Virus record (IMG/VR): IMGVR_UViG_3300023213_000416
Reading direction: 5' to 3' (one strand)
DNA from: a virus
Length of the DNA stretch: 31,383 nucleotides
The position numbers were made by a program, and so were the translations under genes. Shown here in pieces: positions 29,222 to 31,383 of the stretch. How positions within the stretch are numbered: position 1 is the first letter of the stretch; each line of letters opens with the position of its first letter. The notes beneath the pieces are model-generated. The model saw nothing but the letters and a program-made list of their open reading frames with translations, did not search any database and had not been told where the DNA came from.

Positions 29222-29271
29222 ACTATCGGGAAACTATCGGAAAACTATTGGGACTATTGGAAAACTATTGG
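29222..29271. repeat. Five phased direct repeats ACTATYGG
   Basis: The copies start at 29222, 29233, 29244, 29253 and 29264 (spacing 11, 11, 9, 11). The sequence reads ACTATCGGgaa ACTATCGGaaa ACTATTGGg ACTATTGGaaa ACTATTGG. Confidence 0.85.
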
Positions 29272-29280
29272 ATTATCATA

Positions 29281-29311
29281 AAAACCCCCTCGAAAAGGAT
29301 GAACGAGGGGG
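29281..29311 (-). terminator. Intrinsic terminator after the portal gene
   Basis: The minus strand reads CCCCCUCG-uucauccuuuu-CGAGGGGG followed by UUUUUAU, 34 nt downstream of the portal stop. Confidence 0.75.
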
Positions 29312-29344
29312 AAAAATTATCTACAGTTTAGAGAAGAAAGAAAA

Positions 29345-31383
29345 TTAACGCTTCATAATACTATTTTTATGTAAATCTGCCAATACTTTTGTTATATCAG
29401 CTGAATAATCTAATTCAGCTTTATGAATATCAACATTTCTATCACTTTTATCCGATTCTATTTCACGTTGTAACCGTTCAGCATCAAGTCTTAAACGTTG
29501 CCATTCACGAGCTTGTTCAGCTTTTTTAAGTTCTAAATCTTGTTGCCGCTGCTGAAGAGTTTGCATGGCTATTTGTTGTTGCATTTGTTGCATCTGTTGA
29601 GCTGGATTAGGTTGTGATGGCGGAGGCGGCAAACCTTCTTCTTTAGCCAATATTTCAGGGGGAACTAATGTTTTAAATCTTTCCACAATTTGCGGCATAA
29701 ATTGCAAATCAAGATTCTTAGCTAATAAATCGATCACTAATGGAAGTATTTGTGGATTAATTTGAATTAATTTAATAATCATTTCTACAGCAGCTTCTTT
29801 TTGAACCGCAAAACTTGGTCCAGTACTGATTTCAATATCAAAATCACCCTCTTCAATATGATTTTTAATAGTACCATCAGGCATTTGCTGATTAAGAATA
29901 AGAGGTTTTGTTTTACCATCTTTTTTAGTTAAAACAATCGAACGTTCATTTTGTCCATAAATAGTAGGTAATAAATCAAGTACAACTCTTCCTGCTTGTT
30001 CAATAGCTTGATTAAGATTATCAATATAAATATAAGCACTCATACTACCTGCATATTGACGATTAGCAATGGCTACTCCAGATATAGCATTTGATTGCTG
30101 GCCTATATTTTCTTCAAAATATCCTAATATTTCTTTAATATCAGCACTGCCTCTCTGAAATTGGGAAAGTAATGTTTGAGAAAGTTCCCAAGGTGATTGT
30201 TTAGATGGCATTTGACCTGTTTTTGGGTCAGGTTTAGCTCTTAAAATACCTATTTGTAATTCAGGATTACGCCATTCTTGTTCATAACCTTCAATGTTAT
30301 CCGGCGTCCCAAGCCATTGTTCGCGACGTCTATTTTTTATTTCACCTGCTATTTCAGAACCTACATAGTTAATAAAGCGTTGAGCATCCCGAGCATCTCG
30401 AATAAATGAACGTGTATATTGTAATCCTTCTATATAATTAGAAGCACCATCTACAAAAATCATTGGTAATTGTTTAGAAGGCCAATCAGTATAATCAATA
30501 ATTTGATTCTTTAATAATTGATAACGTCGAATACGATAATTTTGAGTTTGTCGCTCCATAATGATTTTGGGGATTTCATTAAGAAGCATATTACCTATAA
30601 CTTGAGCATCTTCTGCTAACTTTCTAAATTTATCGAATTTTTTTTGATATTCTTCCCAATCTTCTTTATATACCGTATCGCCATTACTTAATAAATAAGT
30701 AATAGTTGGATACCATTCTTTTTGAGAATATTCGCAAATTACGATTGTATCTTTTGTTTGCCATTGAAAATCAATCATTGTACGTGGATCATAAAAAGAA
30801 ACAGGATTGGTAATATAAGGAAATGTTGCTGCAAATTGATCTTTAGTAAATAAAAATTGTCTTGAACAAAAATTACCATCACCTTTATGCGGTTTGATAG
30901 CCACAGGATCAAAAGAAGTTCTAGTTGCATCAGGAATAAGATTATAACGAATAACTTGGTTAAAACTTTTAGGATTCTCATATTCAATAGCTACTTCAAA
31001 ACAACTAAATCCTGTTAATAATGCCGTCATAAAAGAATGTTGATAAACTAAATCATTTTGAGATTGATAAGCAATTGTTCTTAATAAATCAGCTCTCAAA
31101 TCAATTTCTTCTTCAGAAGCTTTTCCTGTTAAAGAACGAACAATCAAATCTGGTTTATTTTTTCTTTGCTCACCTGCTATTTTTTTAACTGGATCATATA
31201 ATTTATTAAAAGTTAAAGCAGGTTTAAATAAACGAGTAAATTCACCTCGTTCGATTGAACTCCATTGATCACGCAATACAAATTGGATATCGTCTTTACC
31301 ACGCATCATATTTTCATTGAAATAACCTTCCCAAAGTTGCACATTTTTTTTAGCTATAATTAGAATTTCATCTTGATCAATTC
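29345..31383 (-). CDS. Portal protein, P22-like, with long C-terminal coiled-coil (continues at 1..215 through the circular junction)
   Basis: NENMMRGKDDIQFVLRDQWS parallels P22 gp1 [20 protein letters not shown]. The Gln-rich C-terminal helix (PAQQMQQMQQQIAMQTLQQRQQDLELKKAEQ..) resembles the P22 portal barrel. The gene lies next to TerL and the scaffold. The first canonical start is GTG 31342. Confidence 0.85.
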   Translation of the reverse strand, partial: IDQDEILIIAKKNVQLWEGYFNENMMRGKDDIQFVLRDQWSSIERGEFTRLFKPALTFNKLYDPVKKIAGEQRKNKPDLIVRSLTGKASEEEIDLRADLLRTIAYQSQNDLVYQHSFMTALLTGFSCFEVAIEYENPKSFNQVIRYNLIPDATRTSFDPVAIKPHKGDGNFCSRQFLFTKDQFAATFPYITNPVSFYDPRTMIDFQWQTKDTIVICEYSQKEWYPTITYLLSNGDTVYKEDWEEYQKKFDKFRKLAEDAQVIGNMLLNEIPKIIMERQTQNYRIRRYQLLKNQIIDYTDWPSKQLPMIFVDGASNYIEGLQYTRSFIRDARDAQRFINYVGSEIAGEIKNRRREQWLGTPDNIEGYEQEWRNPELQIGILRAKPDPKTGQMPSKQSPWELSQTLLSQFQRGSADIKEILGYFEENIGQQSNAISGVAIANRQYAGSMSAYIYIDNLNQAIEQAGRVVLDLLPTIYGQNERSIVLTKKDGKTKPLILNQQMPDGTIKNHIEEGDFDIEISTGPSFAVQKEAAVEMIIKLIQINPQILPLVIDLLAKNLDLQFMPQIVERFKTLVPPEILAKEEGLPPPPSQPNPAQQMQQMQQQIAMQTLQQRQQDLELKKAEQAREWQRLRLDAERLQREIESDKSDRNVDIHKAELDYSADITKVLADLHKNSIMKR
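31257..31383. repeat. Terminal overlap, copy 2 (identical to 1..127)
   Basis: See copy 1. Confidence 0.95.

Noticed and set aside
28716-29271. CRISPR array
   Set aside because: The repeat units are only 8-9 bp, are contiguous or 2-3 bp apart with no spacer-sized unique inserts, include inverted copies, and no cas genes exist in the genome.
3992-30987. Antisense or alternate-frame track ORFs: 3992..4186(+), 6076..6273(+), 7252..7455(+), 7327..7524(-), 10255..10497(-), 13519..13758(+), 20284..20574(+), 24986..25195(+), 26201..26383(+), 26730..26942(+), 26903..27106(-), 28141..28353(+), 28363..28557(+), 30775..30987(-)
   Set aside because: Each lies inside or opposite a better-supported longer gene or a regulatory gap. 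They lack RBS context and have Ile/Phe/Leu/Cys-rich compositions typical of antisense reading of AT-rich coding DNA.
1-31383. Lysogeny module (integrase, excisionase, CI-like repressor, attP) or plasmid partition genes
   Set aside because: I looked through all ORFs for tyrosine/serine recombinase motifs, a CI-size HTH-peptidase repressor and ParA Walker boxes. The only Walker A proteins are TerL and the Sak4-like ATPase, and none of the sought genes was found.

Overview
This visibly AT-rich 31,383-nt window has identical first and last 127 nt, so it is a closed contig of 31,256 unique bp. It is a complete small dsDNA phage genome of podovirus type (no tape measure, sheath or tail tube) with a P22-like morphogenesis module. 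The minus strand reads in this order: a sigma70-type promoter (7313..7340), VRR-NUC nuclease, GH24 lysozyme and about 18 small ORFs, including several membrane micro-proteins and a DUF5681/TerS-like protein. Then come the large terminase, a sigma-region-4-like HTH mini-protein, a P22-like portal spanning the junction, a terminator and a 784-bp non-coding hub. These are followed by the scaffold, a P22-type coat, two small proteins, a gp4-like adaptor, a gp10-like tail hub, three Gly/Gln-rich ejection proteins and about 7.3 kb of tail-fibre/tailspike paralogues. The plus strand carries a short early operon (RHH regulator, small ORFs, Sak4-like ATPase, DUF669-like protein, divergent Prs-like enzyme) ending in a hairpin terminator. 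I recognised no polymerase, primase, helicase, integrase, tRNA, CRISPR array or transposase. Nine observations stand out. (1) Two mirror-image trios of 11-bp-phased DnaA boxes sit in the two largest non-coding regions. (2) One of those trios is next to ten copies of a 9-mer (AWGTWCAYC) in three 27-bp blocks, a plus-strand terminator with no plus-strand gene, and three more phased repeat families. (3) A PRPP-synthetase homologue has a rewritten ribose-5-phosphate loop. (4) There are two histidine-rich proteins, one ending in an AT-hook. (5) An 89-nt stretch is open in two frames. (6) The portal 5-prime end needs either a prfB-like CUU-UAA +1 shift or an indel correction. (7) A fibre-gene array shares a C-terminal module through a 113-bp perfect repeat. 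(8) The TerS-like gene is separated from terL by about 2 kb of small ORFs. (9) A sigma-region-4-like mini-protein lies between terL and the portal. All family assignments are motif recognition by eye, not database hits.
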